A DNA stretch of 64,000 nucleotides, from the NCBI GenBank assembly GCA_016177765.1, contig JACOUP010000003.1, positions 95,384-159,383 on the forward strand, given 5' to 3'. The notes beneath the pieces were generated by a model. It made no database searches. It saw only the letters and a list, made by a program, of their open reading frames with translations, and had not been told where the DNA came from. Numbering within the stretch: the stretch's first letter is position 1; each line of letters starts with the position of its first letter. The position numbers and the translations under genes are program-made. The stretch comes from Deltaproteobacteria bacterium (GTDB taxonomy: Bacteria; UBA10199; JACPAL01; JACOUP01). Positions 62,779 through 64,000 of this stretch are shown here, one piece after another.

Positions 62779-63324
62779 ATGCGTAAGCGAGCGGTAATGG
62801 GGGTTGTTTGTTTCTTGGCCAGCTTCGCACCCGTTGTCGGGGCGGCGGAGAGTAGTGGCATTAAGATAGGGCTTGTTAATTTTCAGAAATGTCTCAATTC
62901 GGTCGAGCAGGGTAAAAAGGCGAAGGAGGCCCTGAAGGCGGAGTTTGATACCAAACAGAAGAAGCTCGATCTTCAGCAGAATGAGCTGAAGAGGATCCGT
63001 GACGATGTCGAAAAACAGAAACTGGTGATGTCCGAAGAAGCCCTGAGAAGCAAGGAGAATGATTACAAGACCAAGGTGATGGAGATCCAGAAAAATCTGG
63101 GCGATTTTCGCCAGGACCTGATGACCAAGGAAGGAAAAATGACGAGTCTGATTCTGGAAAATCTTCGTAAACTGGTTGCCGAGGTTGGCCAGAAGGAAAA
63201 TTACACCCTCATCGTCGAGGGATCCCAGGATGCCGTTATCTACACCGCCAGCAAGGACGATCTTACCGACAAGATCATCTCCCTCTATAACCAGCGCTAC
63301 AAGGGGAACCTGAACATCAATTAA
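62779..63324 (+). CDS. skp: OmpH/Skp periplasmic chaperone
   Basis: Start at ATG 62779 (AAGGGAGGGG upstream), signal peptide MRKRAVMGVVCFLASFAPVVGAAES, Lys/Glu-rich coiled coil typical of Skp. Confidence 0.85.
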   Translation: MRKRAVMGVVCFLASFAPVVGAAESSGIKIGLVNFQKCLNSVEQGKKAKEALKAEFDTKQKKLDLQQNELKRIRDDVEKQKLVMSEEALRSKENDYKTKVMEIQKNLGDFRQDLMTKEGKMTSLILENLRKLVAEVGQKENYTLIVEGSQDAVIYTASKDDLTDKIISLYNQRYKGNLNIN

Positions 63325-63325
63325 A

Positions 63326-63994
63326 ATGGGCTTCAATGCTGAACTCCTTTCCGTCCTTGCCTGTCCTCAATGCAAGGGGGAGTTGCAATTGATCCGTGAT
63401 GAGACGCTGGGTTGTGAGGGGTGTCAGCTCCTCTTCCCGATCAAGGAGGGAATGCCTGTTTTCCTTTCCGAAGAGACATTGTCCTGGGAGGAACAGGTTT
63501 CTTCCCCCTCGATCAGAGAGCCTTCTCTCAACTATGCACCGATTCCGGGCGGCCAGAAGGTCGCCGTTTTTACCGTTGTAGAGGGGAAAAACAGCGGCAA
63601 GGTGGTGAGACTTGAGAAGTCAACCTGCAAGGCGATCGGTCGTTCCCTGGACGACAAGGAAAAGACCCAGGTCTTTAGCGTGGAATCAGCCGCTTCTCTC
63701 GACGATTTTTCCAAGAAACTGGTGATGAATTACATCGGCCGGCAATTTGAAAAAAAGGAAAGGGGATCGGGGGATCTCGGTTCCTTCAGGAGGCTTGCCG
63801 ACTGGCCGCTGGATGATGTTTCTGTCTCCCGCCTTCATGCGATGATCTTTTTCGGGGATTCCGGCGTCGGAATTCTGGATCTGGTCAGCAAAAATGGGAC
63901 CTATGTGAATGGTGTGGAGGTGGAGTCACGGCTCCTGAAGGAGAGTGACCTGATCGCGATTGGCGGAACCAAGATCCGTTTTCAAATGGGATAA
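63326..63994 (+). CDS. Trm112/UPF0434-like zinc ribbon fused to an FHA domain
   Basis: LLSVLACPQCKGEL...LGCEGCQLLFPIKEGMPVFL (Trm112-like). C-terminal CKAIGRS...VSRLHAMIFF...LDLVSKNGTYVNG...IAIGGTKIRF (FHA). Confidence 0.7.
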   Translation: MGFNAELLSVLACPQCKGELQLIRDETLGCEGCQLLFPIKEGMPVFLSEETLSWEEQVSSPSIREPSLNYAPIPGGQKVAVFTVVEGKNSGKVVRLEKSTCKAIGRSLDDKEKTQVFSVESAASLDDFSKKLVMNYIGRQFEKKERGSGDLGSFRRLADWPLDDVSVSRLHAMIFFGDSGVGILDLVSKNGTYVNGVEVESRLLKESDLIAIGGTKIRFQMG

Positions 63995-64000
63995 TTACGT

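Noticed and set aside
1-64000. Search for CRISPR arrays, tRNA/rRNA genes, transposases, integrases, reverse transcriptases and prophage genes.
   Set aside because: No regularly spaced direct repeats with unique spacers were seen. No intergenic region has a tRNA-like cloverleaf or rRNA-like sequence. No ORF shows DDE, tyrosine or serine recombinase motifs or RT motifs.

Overview
A 64-kb chromosomal segment from a diderm (Gram-negative-type) bacterium with moderately high GC. BamA, Skp, LolC/E/D, Lnt and a GspN-like gene are present. The lineage cannot be named from sequence alone. SBBP repeats, a MopE-like Cys/Asp motif and a GspN-like gene hint at a deltaproteobacterium-like, myxobacterium-like or candidate-phylum organism.

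The backbone is ordinary housekeeping: ftsB-ruvB, ruvA-ruvC-yebC, rsmE, glucokinase, an MMPL transporter coupled to trpEGDCFB, ispG, trpA, leuS-holA, rpsT, murJ, phoH-pgpH-ybeY-lnt-prfB (with the classic +1 frameshift), and lysS-lolC/E-lolD-bamA-skp-FHA. No rRNA, tRNA, CRISPR array, transposase or integrase was seen.

The notable feature is that gene pairs that are usually adjacent are split by ORFan genes, and the junctions carry repeated palindromes:
- ruvA|ruvB is split by a 551-aa ORFan.
- trpB|trpA is split by ispG, an AbiE islet and a two-gene ORFan operon.
- prfB|lysS is split by about 13.5 kb holding three giant genes: a 1328-aa P-loop NTPase, a 1371-aa Cys-rich lipoprotein and a 1687-aa SBBP/PKD/cadherin-like surface protein.

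Two ORFan secreted-protein operons share sigma-54-type promoters, TTCTCA-N3-TGAGAA palindromes and GTACC(C/G)GGTAC palindromes.

Several short DNA repeat families occur, some in frame inside genes. These include a perfect 38-nt palindrome (2 copies), a GCGTGCCTGGCAC hairpin (2 copies), a CCCTCTCC/GGAGAGGG/GGGTGAGG element (4 copies) and a GGGTGATTCACCCAA motif (5 loci).

Two AT-richer islets look recently acquired. One is an AbiEi/AbiEii pair inserted into the 3' end of ispG with a 49-bp direct repeat. The other is an uncharacterised three-gene operon (minimal nucleotidyltransferase plus two unknowns) between rpsT and murJ.

All family assignments come from motif recognition by eye. No searches were run.
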